NCBI GenBank assembly: GCA_964016885.1
Contig: OZ024740.1
Span: 71,858,001-71,922,000, forward strand
Length of the DNA stretch: 64,000 nt
Direction of reading: 5' to 3'
Origin: Eledone cirrhosa
Lineage: Eukaryota
Under the pieces are notes generated by a model, which did not search any database, was not told the origin of the DNA, and saw only the letters and a program-made list of their open reading frames with translations. This document shows positions 38,934 through 50,899 of the stretch, piece after piece. The translations under genes and the position numbers were made by a program. Position 1 is the first letter of the stretch. Each line of letters opens with the position of its first letter.

Positions 38934-41900
38934 TCATCATCATCATCATCACCGTTTTACGTCCGTTCTTCCACGCTAGCATGGGTTAGACGGGTTGTCC
39001 TGTTGTGTGCAGTGTCTGGTCGGCTGACCATGCCTTGCTCATACAGGAACTGATCTGGCTTGATTTCTACAGCTGGATGCCCTTCCTAACACCAACCTCA
39101 TTTACAGTGAGTGCTGGGTGCTTTTTCGTGGCGCCTACACGTCCACTTTACAGTGTGGGCTGGGTGCTTTTTTGCCGTGGCACCTCCACGACCACCTTGC
39201 GGTGGGGGGTGTGGGGGCATATTGTTTATATGCTTCAGCATGTACCCATGGGAGGTCGGGTACTCTGTATTACTGCGTGACGCCAGAAGTCACGGTCGTG
39301 TGTCATTGTCTTTGAGAGGTGTAATTGGGTAAGGTCGGCTTTTATCACCTCATCCCAGGTCATCTTGGGTCTCCCCACTCCGCGGTTTCCATCAACTTCT
39401 AGTGCTCTGCACCTTTTTATGCAGCTGTCATCCTTCATACACATCACATGTCCATACCAGCGCAACCGCCTCTCCTGCACACAGCATTTGATTCCTCTTA
39501 TGCTCAGTCTCTCTCTCAATTCATTTATGCTTTGTCGTTCACGTATATTACTGTTACACATCCATCGGAGCATGCAGGCTTCGTTTCTCTCTAATCTACA
39601 TAAGTCTTCCACCTTCAGCGCCCAGGTCTCACTACCATGCAACATCGCTGTTCGGATACACGCATCATACAGTCTGCCTTTCATTCTGAGGGAGAAGCCT
39701 TTTGCAGCTAGCAGTGGTAGTAGTTCCCTAAACTTCTTCCATCCCGTTCTTACCCTAGTTATTGTACTTTCTGAACACCCACCTCCGTTGCTAATTCGGT
39801 CACCTAGGTAGCAGAAGCTGTCTACTGTTTCTACAGGGCCCTCCCAGAGATTGGTGGTACTTGTTTCCTGTGGCTGTTTGCTGCTTGCTGTTTCAGCACA
39901 GCTGCTGCATGTGAATCCTACATTCTTAATTAAGCTTCCTGAGATCCCGCTACATCTCTTGTGTACCCATTGTTTGCATTTGGGGCAGAGAATGGAGTTC
40001 CTACCTACACCTTTCCTACATACTGAGCAAGGCCATTTCCCTGAGGGGATTTGGGTTCTGTTTTCTCGTCTACTTACAAGGACCTTAGTCTTTGTCATGT
40101 TGACTTTGAGACCCTTTCTCTCTAGTCCCTGCTTCCAGATTTGGAATTTATTCTCTAGTTCTACCATAGATTCAGCTATGAGTGCGAGGTCATCAGCATA
40201 CAGGAGTTCCCATGGGCATCCGGTCTTAAACTCCTCCGTTATTGCCTGCAGGACTATGATGAACAGGAGAGGGCTAAGAACAGAGCCCTGGTGGACCCCA
40301 ACCTGTACGCTAAATTCCTCGCTATACTCATTGCTAATTCTAACTTTGCTGGCTGCTCCCCTATACATGGCTTGTACCGCTTTCACAAGCCATTCATCTA
40401 CTCCTAGTTTTCTAAGAGCCCACCAGATTACAGCACATGGAACTCTGTCAAAGGCTTTCTCAAGGTCGACAAATGCCAAGTAGAGTGGCTTACTTTTAGC
40501 TAGGTACTTTTCCTGTAATTGCCTCACAAGGAAGAGGGCATCAGTGGTACCTCTTCCTGGTACAAACCCAAATTGCATCTCATCTATTTTCACCCGGTCC
40601 CTAATCAACTGTGCTATAACTCTTTCTGTTACTTTCATGACCTGGTCCATCAACTTTATACCTCTATAGTTTCCTCTATCTAGTGCATCACCTTTACCTT
40701 TGTAGCAGTTGACAATGATGCTACTGCACCAATCTTTTGGTATGACACTTCTAGTATTACCTGGTTAACAATACGTGTGGTTATAGTGTGACCTACAGAC
40801 CAAGATGCCTTCAGCATCTCGGTAGCTATACCCGATGGACCGGTTGCCTTCCCCATCTTCATATCTTTGATTGCCTTACTTACTACGCTGCTGCTGACTT
40901 GTACTGCTGTTCCCTCTATAGGGTCTACTTGGGGTAGGGTCTCTTCTTCCCATGCATTCTCCTCATTTAGTAATCTATCATAATGACTCTTCCATGCATC
41001 TTTCTTCTCAGCACTTGTGAGGGCAAGCTCACCTTTATCATTCCGGATACACTTCTCTCCAATGACATCGCAACTATCTCTGACACACTGCCTCACAATC
41101 TTGAACACCTCCTGTTTCTGGTCCTCACGTTGTAAAACATGCTTGAATTTTCTATCCTCTGCTTCCCTCATAGCTAAGTATACTTGTCGCCTAGCTTCCC
41201 TCTTGGTCTCTATGTAATGTACCCTGCTCCCCACGTTCTTCCATTCTTTCCATGCCTGTCTCTTGGCCTTAACTGTTTCATCTACCTTATTGTTCCACCA
41301 CCAAGTCACTCTCCTCCTGCTTGAGGTCTTACTCCAGCCACAGACCTCATCCGTCGCCTCTAGTAAATTATTTTTTAGGAACTCCCAGTTCTCTTCTACG
41401 TTAAATGTCTCTATCTGTTCTTCTTTACTGTCGTAGGCGTTGAGTAAAATATTTTTAAATCTGTTACTGGTTGAGGGGACTTTCAGCTTCCAGATCTTTC
41501 TTCTCCAGGTTGGTCTCTGTTTCCGGGTTCGTCTAGTTCTGACTGTGAGGTCGCTGACAACTAAGCTATGTTGGGATGTACATTCCTCACTAGGGAAGGC
41601 TTTTGTGTTTACGACCGTCCATCTGTCACGTCCTCTGATGAGGATAAAATCTAACTGACTAGAGTGCTCTCCTGATCTATAGGTGATCAGGTGGTTGTCG
41701 GGTTTTTTAAAGTTTGTGTTACATATCGACATGTCATTGGCGTCGCAGAATTCTAGAAGTCTGAATCGCTCCTCATTCCTTGTGCCAACTCCTTGGCCTC
41801 CATGTACTCTATTGAAGCCGTCGCAGTGTTTACCTACGTGTCCGTTAAAATCTCCTGCGATGATTAGGAAGTCCTTGTCGTCTGTTAGAGCAGTAGTGTG

Positions 41901-42160
41901 TATTAGGGACTCGTAAAACCTATCCTTAAGTTCGTCTGGCAGCCCCGATTGGGGTGCGTAAACTGATATTATTGTGGTAATTGTCTTATTCAGGACTAGT
42001 CTGAGTTTAATGATTCTTGCATTTACCCTGTACACTGAGATTACTTTATCTACCCACTTGTCAGCTAATAGTATACCTACACCACCCATCCCATCGTCAT
42101 TTCCCACCCAGAAAAATTTGTAACACTGGCTTTTTCCTACAAGGACTCTAGCAGACGGCT
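38931..42160 (-). mobile_element. RTE family B, slightly 5'-truncated, single frameshift near 40745
   Basis: EN-linker ORF 40680-42160, RT ORF 39235-40653, ~300-bp 3' module and (ATG)n tail. Confidence 0.95.
39235..40653 (-). CDS. RTE family B reverse transcriptase portion
   Basis: FVDLEKAFD, QGSVLSP, YADD, C4HC3 finger, RLRWYGHV. Confidence 0.92.
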   Translation of the reverse strand: MMDQVMKVTERVIAQLIRDRVKIDEMQFGFVPGRGTTDALFLVRQLQEKYLAKSKPLYLAFVDLEKAFDRVPCAVIWWALRKLGVDEWLVKAVQAMYRGAASKVRISNEYSEEFSVQVGVHQGSVLSPLLFIIVLQAITEEFKTGCPWELLYADDLALIAESMVELENKFQIWKQGLERKGLKVNMTKTKVLVSRRENRTQIPSGKWPCSVCRKGVGRNSILCPKCKQWVHKRCSGISGSLIKNVGFTCSSCAETASSKQPQETSTTNLWEGPVETVDSFCYLGDRISNGGGCSESTITRVRTGWKKFRELLPLLAAKGFSLRMKGRLYDACIRTAMLHGSETWALKVEDLCRLERNEACMLRWMCNSNIRERQSINELRERLSIRGIKCCVQERRLRWYGHVMCMKDDSCIKRCRALEVDGNRGVGRPKMTWDEVIKADLTQLHLSKTMTHDRDFWRHAVIQSTRPPMGTC

Positions 42161-42209
42161 TGTAAGTATGCATATGTACACATATATATAAAATTCTAAT
42201 TTTATATAT

Positions 42210-42842
42210 ATGTAATAGTAATATATGCGAACAGCAAAGCATAAACGAACTGAGAGAGAGACTGAGCATAAGAGGAATCAAATTTGTGTGCAGGAGAGGA
42301 GGATGCATTGGTATGGACATGTGATGCGTATGAAGGATGACAGCTGCATAAAAAGGTGCAGAGCACTAAAAGTTGATGGAAGCCATGGAGTGGGGAGACC
42401 CAAGAAGTCCTGGGACGAGATGATAAAAGCGGACTTTCCCCAATTGCACCTCTCAATGGTGATGACACAGGACCGTGACCTCTGGCATCACACAGTAACA
42501 CAGAAGACCCAACTCGCCACAGGAACAAGCTGAAGTCGAAGCACATAGATAATATGCCCCATCCCCTCCCACTGCAATGTGGTTATGGAGGTGTCACGAC
42601 AAAAAAGCACCCAGCCCACACTGTAAAGTGGATGTGTAGGCGCCACGGAAAAAATAGCACCCAGCACTCACTGTAAATAAGGTTGGTGTTAGGAAGGGCA
42701 TCCAGCTGTAGAAATCAAGACAAAATAAGTTCCCATATGAGCAAGACAAGGTCAGTCGACCTAACATTGCCCACAACAGAACAACCCGTCTAACCCATGC
42801 TAGCATCGAAGAATGGACGTAAAACGGTAATGATGATGATGA
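42210..42842 (+). mobile_element. RTE family B-like 3' fragment, back-to-back with the preceding element
   Basis: ERRMHWYGHVMRM..GRPKKSWDE; 3' module; (GAT)n tail. Confidence 0.88.
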
Positions 42843-42965
42843 TCATCATCATCATCATTTTACGTCTGCTTTTCCCTGCTTACAAGGGTGGGACGGGTCC
42901 TATTCAGCACAGCATCTCTCCACTTGTCGTGGTCCTTCGTCATCTCCACCGTGAGCTTCAGCGAT
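42843..42965 (-). mobile_element. RTE family A 3' tail
   Basis: Matches 553-680. Confidence 0.85.
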
Positions 42966-43211
42966 ATATATATATATATTATATAACATATACATAAATA
43001 TATAATATCCATTACATGTAAGCCCAACAGGCAGAGTATAAAGGGTATATTTTACTTTTGCTTCCCTACTTCACCAGGGTACTGAAGATATAATTACATC
43101 CTTACTAATAACATTCCTCATAAAACCTTAATATGTCCCCCCCTGTTGCTGCACTACAGCCTTGTCCACCCACATAAAGATGGATAGATCAGATCTAATG
43201 AAATATAAACT

Positions 43212-43588
43212 AACAACATCAGCAGCATCAGCAGCAACAACAACATCAACAGTAGCATCAGCAGCAACAACAACAACAGCAACAACAGCAACAACAGCAA
43301 CAACAGCATCAGCAGCATCAGTAACAGCAACAACAACATTAACAACATCAATATCAATAACAACAACAGCAATAACATCAACAACATCAACAACAACAAC
43401 AGCAACCACCACAACCGCCACCACCACCACAACAACAACAACAACAGCAACATCAACATGAACAACAGCAACCACCACCACCACCACCATCATCACCTCC
43501 ACAACAACAACATCAACATGAACAACAGCAAGAACCACCACCACCACCACCACCACCACCTCCACAACAACAAGAACAACATCATCAT
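43212..43588. repeat. (ACA/GCA/CCA)n trinucleotide low-complexity tract
   Basis: Direct inspection. Confidence 0.92.
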
Positions 43589-43664
43589 ATTTACCATTTG
43601 AGATACAATCTGATCCAACAATGACATTTCACAGAGCATACATATTTAAAAGTGGACATTTTAA

Positions 43665-43971
43665 CCCTTTAGCATTTAAACCGGCCATATCCGGCCAGAA
43701 TTTTATCATCTCTTGCTGTTCAAATTGGTTATAACTGGCCACTCATACTGATGTTAAGGTATTGTTTTCAAAATAAATAACATCAAAATCACAAAGATTC
43801 GATATTATGTGAGATAATTATGTGAGATAAAGCCTTTACTGCAAAAATACAAGAGTAAATATAGAGTAATTGTTTCTACTTTAGGCACAAGGCCAGCAAT
43901 TACCCAGTGCATTACTGGTACTTTATTTTATCGACCCCGTAAGGATGAAAGGCAATGCGAATACTAAAGGG
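43665..43971. mobile_element. piggyBac-like MITE with a nested partial Nin-like SINE
   Basis: TTAA flanks (43661-43664, 43972-43975); TIR CCCTTTAGCATT / AATACTAAAGGG. Confidence 0.7.
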
Positions 43972-44279
43972 TTAAAGACTATTTCTTGAGGCTAATGTCA
44001 TTGACTATTAAAAGGATTTTACTGTCAAGGCTCTGGAATACATGCTACAACAATCTAAAAAACTGAATCAATAAGCAGAAACCCCAAATGGATTTTAAAT
44101 CAATTACAAACAACACCAAAAACGAATTATTGTAATAATTCTTTTCTAACATTGGTTTCTAATTATGGCACAAGGCCAGCAATTTTTTTTTTTTTTCTTT
44201 TTTTTTTTTTTTTTGTAGGTAAGGTAAGTTGTTTATATCAATCCCCAGTATCTGACTGGTACTGCTTTTTTTTAAATGG

Positions 44280-44695
44280 ATTTCGGAAGGGTGAAAGGTA
44301 AAGTTGACCTCAGAAGGATAAAAGGTAAAGTTGACCTCGAAAGGGTGAAAGGTAAATTTGACTTAGGAAGCGTGAAAAGCAAAGTTGACCTCAGAAGGGT
44401 GAAAGGTAAAATTGACCTCAGAAGGGTGAAAGGTAAAGTTGACCTCAGAAGGGTGAAAGGCAAAGTTGACCTCAGAAGAGTGAAAGGTAAAGTTGACCTC
44501 AGAAGGATGTAAGGCAAAGTTGACCTTGGAAGGATGGAAAAATTGACCTCAGAAAGATGAAAGGTAAAGTTGACCTCAGAAGGGTGAAAAGGTAAAGTTG
44601 ACCTCAGAAGGATGTAAGGTAAAGTTGACCTCGGAAGGGTGAAAGGCAAAGTTGACTTCTGAAGAGTGAAAGGTAAAGTTGACCTCAGAAGAATG
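44280..44695. repeat. ~27-bp minisatellite derived from Nin-like SINE interior, about 15 copies
   Basis: Unit AAGGGTGAAAGGTAAAGTTGACCTCAG, continuing a minus-strand SINE at 44145-44280. Confidence 0.9.
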
Positions 44696-44944
44696 GAAAA
44701 GCATGGTACATACTACCAAGTCATACTCAATTTTGAACGATGGCAGTAGTTGTATAATTTGCTATTAATAGTGACTGTTTACTTTGAAGTTTGGCTAATG
44801 TTTCTGACTTTTCAAAACAGTAAACAGTTTCTCTAAACAGTTGCTATTAATAACAAATGTTATATTGACACTATAAACAGTTTATGTCCTTCATTATACA
44901 GTCCATGTTTAGAGATTTTTTGTATACAAACCCATAAAACACAC

Positions 44945-44977
<33 letters not shown>

Positions 44978-44979
<2 letters not shown>

Positions 44980-45170
44980 GGTGCATGGCTTTGTGATTAG
45001 AGCATTAGGTTTGCAAACGGGAGTTTGATTTTCAGACCAGGTGATGCGTTGTGTCCTTGAGTAAGACACTTTATTTTACATTACTTGTTTACTCAGCTGT
45101 AGAAATGAGTTGTGATGTCACCGGTGCCAGGCTGTATTGGCCATTGGCTTTCCCTTGGATTACATCGGTG
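44978..45170 (+). mobile_element. CORE-like SINE
   Basis: TGTGTCCTTGAGTAAGACACTT...TTACTCAGCTGTAGAAATGAG. Confidence 0.75.
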
Positions 45171-45275
45171 GTGTGAACGTTTATGAAGATGTGAAGAGCT
45201 GCATATATTCTAGTCATAAGAAAAAGCAAAATGAATGTTTCACCTTTGAAAGAGTGATGACTCAAGAAGCAGAAG

Positions 45276-45339
<64 letters not shown>

Positions 45340-45340
<1 letters not shown>

Positions 45341-46458
45341 GGTTATACTTTGGGAGGGTCATGTTGCCAATAAGAAACACACGCACCAGTTGCTTTCACT
45401 TCAATTTATTATATATTTATAAATTTATAAGTTTATAAATTTATAAATTTCTGGTTGGTTGGTTGGTTCCACAACCAGATAGTTGTTTATATATAGTCAT
45501 AGTTCTTTCGTCACACACTCTGTGACCTCTTCAGTGACTGGGGATTCCTTTCTTTGTTTCTGTGCCTCTCCTTTGTTCTGTCCTACGCCATTTTGTTTCT
45601 GTGTGTGTGTTGTGTGCTCAGTCTGCGCATGCGCCACATCCGGGTGTCTGTGTGTGTTTATGTTCATTTATTTATTTATTTGTTTATTTACATGTTACTG
45701 GTTGGTTGTTTGTTCTATGTGTGTGTGTGTTTTCATTTTGCCCTTAATTGGAAGTTGTGATGTTGCTGTTCGACTCATATTTTCTATTTAATTTTGGTTG
45801 TAATTCTTTTATGTTTATTGCCTCTGTAATTTGTCTAAACATTGCGTCTTTTCTGTGTGTAGATTCTATTTTTATTTCTATGTTCTCTAATTTACCCTTG
45901 TGTTCTATTTTTGCATGTTGGTAGAGTACAGATGATTCTTTATTATCTTGAAGGTCTCACCAGTGTTCATTTATCCGTTCCCCTACACTACGAGCTGTCT
46001 CACCTATGTACACTATATTTTTGTCTCTACATTGTCCTTCAGTACATCTTATGCTATACACTACATTTCTAGTATAGGAGCAAATTTTGGAATAGAATAG
46101 AAAGAACTAGGAACAAGGCTAATAGAATAAACTCATGATATGATAGCAATAAATACCAGAGTGTAATGTTCATCGATACAACCCCTAGAGGTGAATTAGC
46201 TTACAAATTTAGAAGGGCCCTAAATAAACATAAACTCAATATTAAGATAGTAGAAAGACCAGGTACCTCCATAAAAACACTTATTAGCAAGACATACCCT
46301 TTTCAAAGACCCTCATGTATAGATAAGAAATGTATAACCTGTAAAATAAGCCCCCATATTAACTGTAAAACTAGAAATGTAGTGTATAGCATAAGATGTA
46401 CTGAAGGACAATGTAGAGACAAAAATATAGTGTACATAGGTGAGACAGCTCGTAGTGG
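45340..46458. mobile_element. Penelope-like element fragment with 5' inversion: GIY-YIG C-terminus and 3' UTR on minus (46073 to 45340), RT-EN linker on plus (46075-46458)
   Basis: Minus: TRNVVYSIRC..YIGETARSVGERINEH..SVLYQH..RQITEAINIKELQPKLN; plus: MFIDTTPRGEL..C..C..CKTRNVVY..YIGETARS; ~88-bp inverted duplication. Confidence 0.88.
45495..45539 (-). ncRNA. Hammerhead ribozyme in Penelope 3' UTR/pLTR
   Basis: AGTCA-CTGAAGA-G-GTCACA-GAGTG-TGTGAC-GAAA-GAAC-TA-TGACT. Confidence 0.85.
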
Positions 46459-47398
46459 CACCATTTTAATGGCAGGAAGACACAAGTTTGTTGAAGAGTA
46501 CATATCAAGATACATATGACTGTGATAAGAATAATTTTATGGGGGAGAGATATAGTGAACTGTATGTGTGGCTATTAGATTTACATTAAATGTAAGAGTA
46601 GTGATATGGGATCAAATTTTGTATAGTCATAATAGTTGGCAGTGTGGGAGCTTTAGTTTATACTATATTTGTTTGTGTTGAGTACTAATGGATATATTAA
46701 TTTGACGTTAATACATCAATGTGCATATTACCTAAAATTTAATGCTACTTATGCATACTATAATGTACTTTCAGTAGTACATGTATGACAATAGAATGTA
46801 TATATGATGCTGATGATGATTGTCTTTGTTTGGTGTATCAGCCTCAATTCTCTTATTAATCTCTTCTGCACTTCAAAACCATTATACCCCTCAACCCCTA
46901 TAAATCTCCTATATAATACTAATTGTTACCTATTGCCCTCTATACCTCCCCTTTCCTACCTCCTGTCTGTATTCAGGATTCAATTCCCCAGCAGTATATG
47001 TCTCACACTAGCCACTGATTGACCAAAAGCCAACTACCCTCCTACCAAGCCATGTACATCACCATATTTCTTCAATTACATATTTTAACATATACTTGTT
47101 CCTATAACCCCTCCCCATTTACCTAATGACCCATTAGGCAAATTTCAAGTATACTGACCACCCCGCCAACATCTCATATTTTGAATACCCACTGGGCAGT
47201 ACACATATGCTGATGTATACTAATGTGTGCGCTCATGTGCATGTATGCTTTTGTATATGTGGATACATATGCATCTAAATGAAAATGTATCTATAGCCAT
47301 AAATGTATGGGTGTGGGGAATATGTATGCAAGTATGTGTATAGAATTTCTATATAAACATGACTTTACACCCATTGAACATAATTTCCTCTTCAAACT

Positions 47399-47732
47399 CT
47401 CTCTGATGAAATGCATTAGAACAATAACACAGTGTGAAATAATGGACTATATATCATCATCATCATCATACGTCTGCTTTTCTCTGCTTGCAAGGGTGGG
47501 ACAGGTCTTATTCAGCACAGCATCTCTCCACTTGTCACGGTCCTTCGTCATCTCCACTGTGAGCTTCAGCGATCTGAGGTCTGTTCTCCCCACCTCCGCC
47601 CAGGTTTTTCGTGGTCTACCTCTACCACGTCTTCCTTCAACTGGCATTTCCTGGCACTTCTTCACCCATCGGTCATATAGTACATATTTCATAGGCCGTT
47701 AGTTACATAATGTTCTGAAACATGTGTAAGAG
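47399..47732 (+). ncRNA. Hammerhead motif with long stem II interrupted by an RTE insertion
   Basis: CTCT-CTGATGA...AGAACA...[RTE 47454-47676]...TGTTCT-GAAAC-ATGT-GTA-AGAG. Confidence 0.65.
47454..47676 (-). mobile_element. RTE family A 3' fragment
   Basis: DRWVKKCQEMPVEGRRGRGRP; (ATG)n tail. Confidence 0.9.
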
Positions 47733-48190
47733 AATCTCAAGTATTAATGAATATATAATTGGATATCAACAATTGTGCCTTGGTTTTCAAATAACCAATA
47801 TATACCATATTACTCAATGGATTACTCATATTGGACCAATTTATTTTACTTGGTACCACAATTCATACCCACCATGTATTTACGATAAACAGTTCCATTG
47901 ACTACATAGAGCACAACTGAAACTGGTAAGTTGCCTTTTCCTTTTTGTACACACAAAAAGCAGGTACCTGTATTTTATCTCATATATGTATATGAGATAA
48001 AATATAATATATTTTCACTAGCTCTGACAGTTGGCAGGTAAGCAGTATACTGTACTGAAGCCGTCGAAACGGCTTGAGCTCTGCCGTCGGGGTCATACTT
48101 TTTCCTATTACCCACTTTTTTCTACTACCCTAAGTATTGAGTACTCTGGTGCATTATGGTCCATCTGGTTCCTTACCACAACTCCTTCGT

Positions 48191-48218
<28 letters not shown>

Positions 48219-48222
<4 letters not shown>

Positions 48223-49245
48223 CTTTTGTTTGTTGCATACATTAATGACATAGATGCCAACTTACAGAATGCCATGGTACTGAAATATGCAGTTGACATC
48301 AAGCTGTACCTTGAAATCAAAAGGAAAGATCCTGAAATCTATAACTCTTTCCTACAATCAGACCTGGACACAATGCAGCAATGGATCACAGACTGGCAAC
48401 TGAAGCTGGTTGTGGACAAGTATACCACCATGCATTTTGGGAGGAAAAATCTAGCGTCCACATACTCCCTCCACAACACTGATATCAAGAAGTCCTCTTG
48501 CGAACGTGACCTGGGCATTACTGTCAGCAGCGATTTGCGTTGGACAAAGCACATCTCTAAAATTGTCAAGAAGGCCGAGGGTGTCTTGGCATCACTCAGC
48601 AAGACCTTTGTTAGCCGCTCTCCAGCCATCTATTTAAAGCTGTATACAGATATGGTACAACCACACTTGGAATTCGCATCATCAGTCTGGAACCCCTATC
48701 TTGGTCAGAACATTGACCTCCTGGAAACTGTTCAGAGACGTGCAACCAAGCGCATACCCTCCATCAGACACCTACCATACTCTGAACGCCTTGCTTCCCT
48801 GGGCATGGATTCATTGAAGCTCCGATGTCTGGCAATGGACTTGGTAAACACCCACAAAGTTATTAACTATCTCGCCAACAACAACCCTGAGCACCTTTTT
48901 GATCTCCATGTGTCTAACACACGTGGACATGCCTACAAAGTCAGAAAACAGCACAGCAGCCATGACTTTCGGAAACATTTTTTCACGCTTAGAGTTGCTG
49001 AAGCATGGAACAAACTGCCTGCGTCAGTTGTTAGCTGCATCCTTTAAAACCCTCATGCTTCCCGAAATTCGCCAAAACTACACCTGATGTCCCCCTTCCA
49101 TACACATGCACACATGTGTATATCATGACTCATGCACTGTTCATTTTCCTGACGTTTGTACATTACCCTATCTACTATGCATACACTTTTGATGAGTTGT
49201 AGTGCACCTGAGCACTGTACACAATATTTTCATTATTATTATTAT
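48219..49245 (+). mobile_element. CR1-like LINE, 5'-truncated RT and C-terminus
   Basis: PLLFVAYIND, YAVD, ERDLG, PHLEFASSVWNP, TRGH, WNKLP; (ATT)n tail. Confidence 0.92.
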
Positions 49246-50507
49246 ATATATATATTCCACCAAAGCTAAGTTAATTTTCCATTCATTCAATAAAATAACT
49301 CATTAACTTTCATTACAAAGCTTGAACATAAGCTTTGAACATAAGAAAAAAGTTGTTACATAAAATTTAAATATGAACATTTTTATTTCAGAGGGTTACT
49401 TTTGAAATTGTTATGCCAAAAGGGTGGGTTGGTATAAAAAAGATTTTAAAAGTAGTGGTACTGAGCAAAGGATTATTTAAGCAAAATTGTTTTTTTAGAA
49501 AATAAAAATAATATGCTGGGAGTTGTTTATTTTGAAAAAAAAAAGGGTCTTAACCTCTAAATACCATGAAATATAAGATAACAATGTAAACTGTTGTTTT
49601 GTCTTACTTTACTCCCTTATTTCTTATTTGCATTGTTCTGACTTTCCTAAAGAATTAAGTTGACTTACACTTTTACTCTTTCATGACCATATTTCTCAGG
49701 AAATACACTCTATTTCAATAACTTAATGAAGAATTTGAAGAAATTTATTAAAACTATTAATTATTTCATTACTATGATAAAAATTGTTTCTACTTTAGGC
49801 ACAAGGCCAGCAATTATCCAGTTCATTACTGGTACTTTATTTTATCGACCTCGTAAGGATCAAAGGCAATGGCTCTTATGAACAATAGTGTTGGAAGATT
49901 TTAATTTAAGTATGAACTCTTTGAATAGGATGATTTTATTTCAGAGAACCAAAATAAATTTTTGCTGAGTTGGTATGAAAATGGTTAAAAAGCTATTAAC
50001 TTTACTTGACTCAATGGAAGGTTTTTAAATAAATATAAACACTTTGTAATTAGCAAAATGCAAATGCCATTCTGAAAAATTGAATAAAAAACCCTGACAA
50101 CAAAATATAAAAATTTGAAGAAAGAAAATTCTGCAGGGCTAATGGGGTATGTTGATTAAATTAAGTCTCAATATTTTCAGTTTGAAGTTATTTTGGTGTT
50201 GGCAGAAGATACAGCTTTAAATGCTGAATTGAAACTAATGTTAGTTTAACATACATTGAGAGTGCATCCATGTATTTGGTGTATATACACACACATACAC
50301 ATACATACACACATACTCACACACTCATTCACACACATGCACTCTATAGACATACACATATACACAACATTTGTGGAATACATATATATGTGTGTGTGTG
50401 TGTGTGTGTGTTTGTAGTTGACAGATGAAAGAAAAGAGTACTCAATACCAAAATAGAGTTTAAATATTCATTTATTTATTTTATTTATTATGACTAAGTA
50501 GTGAGTT

Positions 50508-50554
50508 TTGTTACTCTGGAATTTCACCTGTGCACTCACAGGATCATCAGACAA
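50508..50554 (-). ncRNA. Minimal hammerhead ribozyme motif
   Basis: TTGT-CTGATGA-T-CCTGTG-AGTG-CACAGG-T-GAAA-TTC-CA-GA-GTA-ACAA. Confidence 0.75.
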
Positions 50555-50557
50555 GAC

Positions 50558-50606
<49 letters not shown>

Positions 50607-50899
50607 CTCTTCGTTTTTGTATTTGATGTGAAATCATATGTAGAAACAGATACTGTTATATTTTGGGGAAAGTCATGCTACCAATAAAAACAGATGTACC
50701 AGTTGAGTTTCACTTCAGTTTATTATTAATTGAGTAACTAATCCACTCATTAGTTAGTTCATTAACCGGGTAGTTATCTAATTGTTAATTGTCAGAATTC
50801 TTTTGTTACTCATTCTGTGACCGTCTCAATGACTATTGAGATATAGTAAATAGAAGATCAGAACAAAAATGAGACACAGAGGAACACGAATAGTGTTAT

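Noticed and set aside
42160-42320. N-terminal extension of the 546-aa ORF
   Set aside because: Read-through into the antisense strand of an adjacent RTE fragment and TA-rich junction
43128-43565. Poly-Val, poly-Leu and poly-Thr ORFs
   Set aside because: Trinucleotide low-complexity DNA
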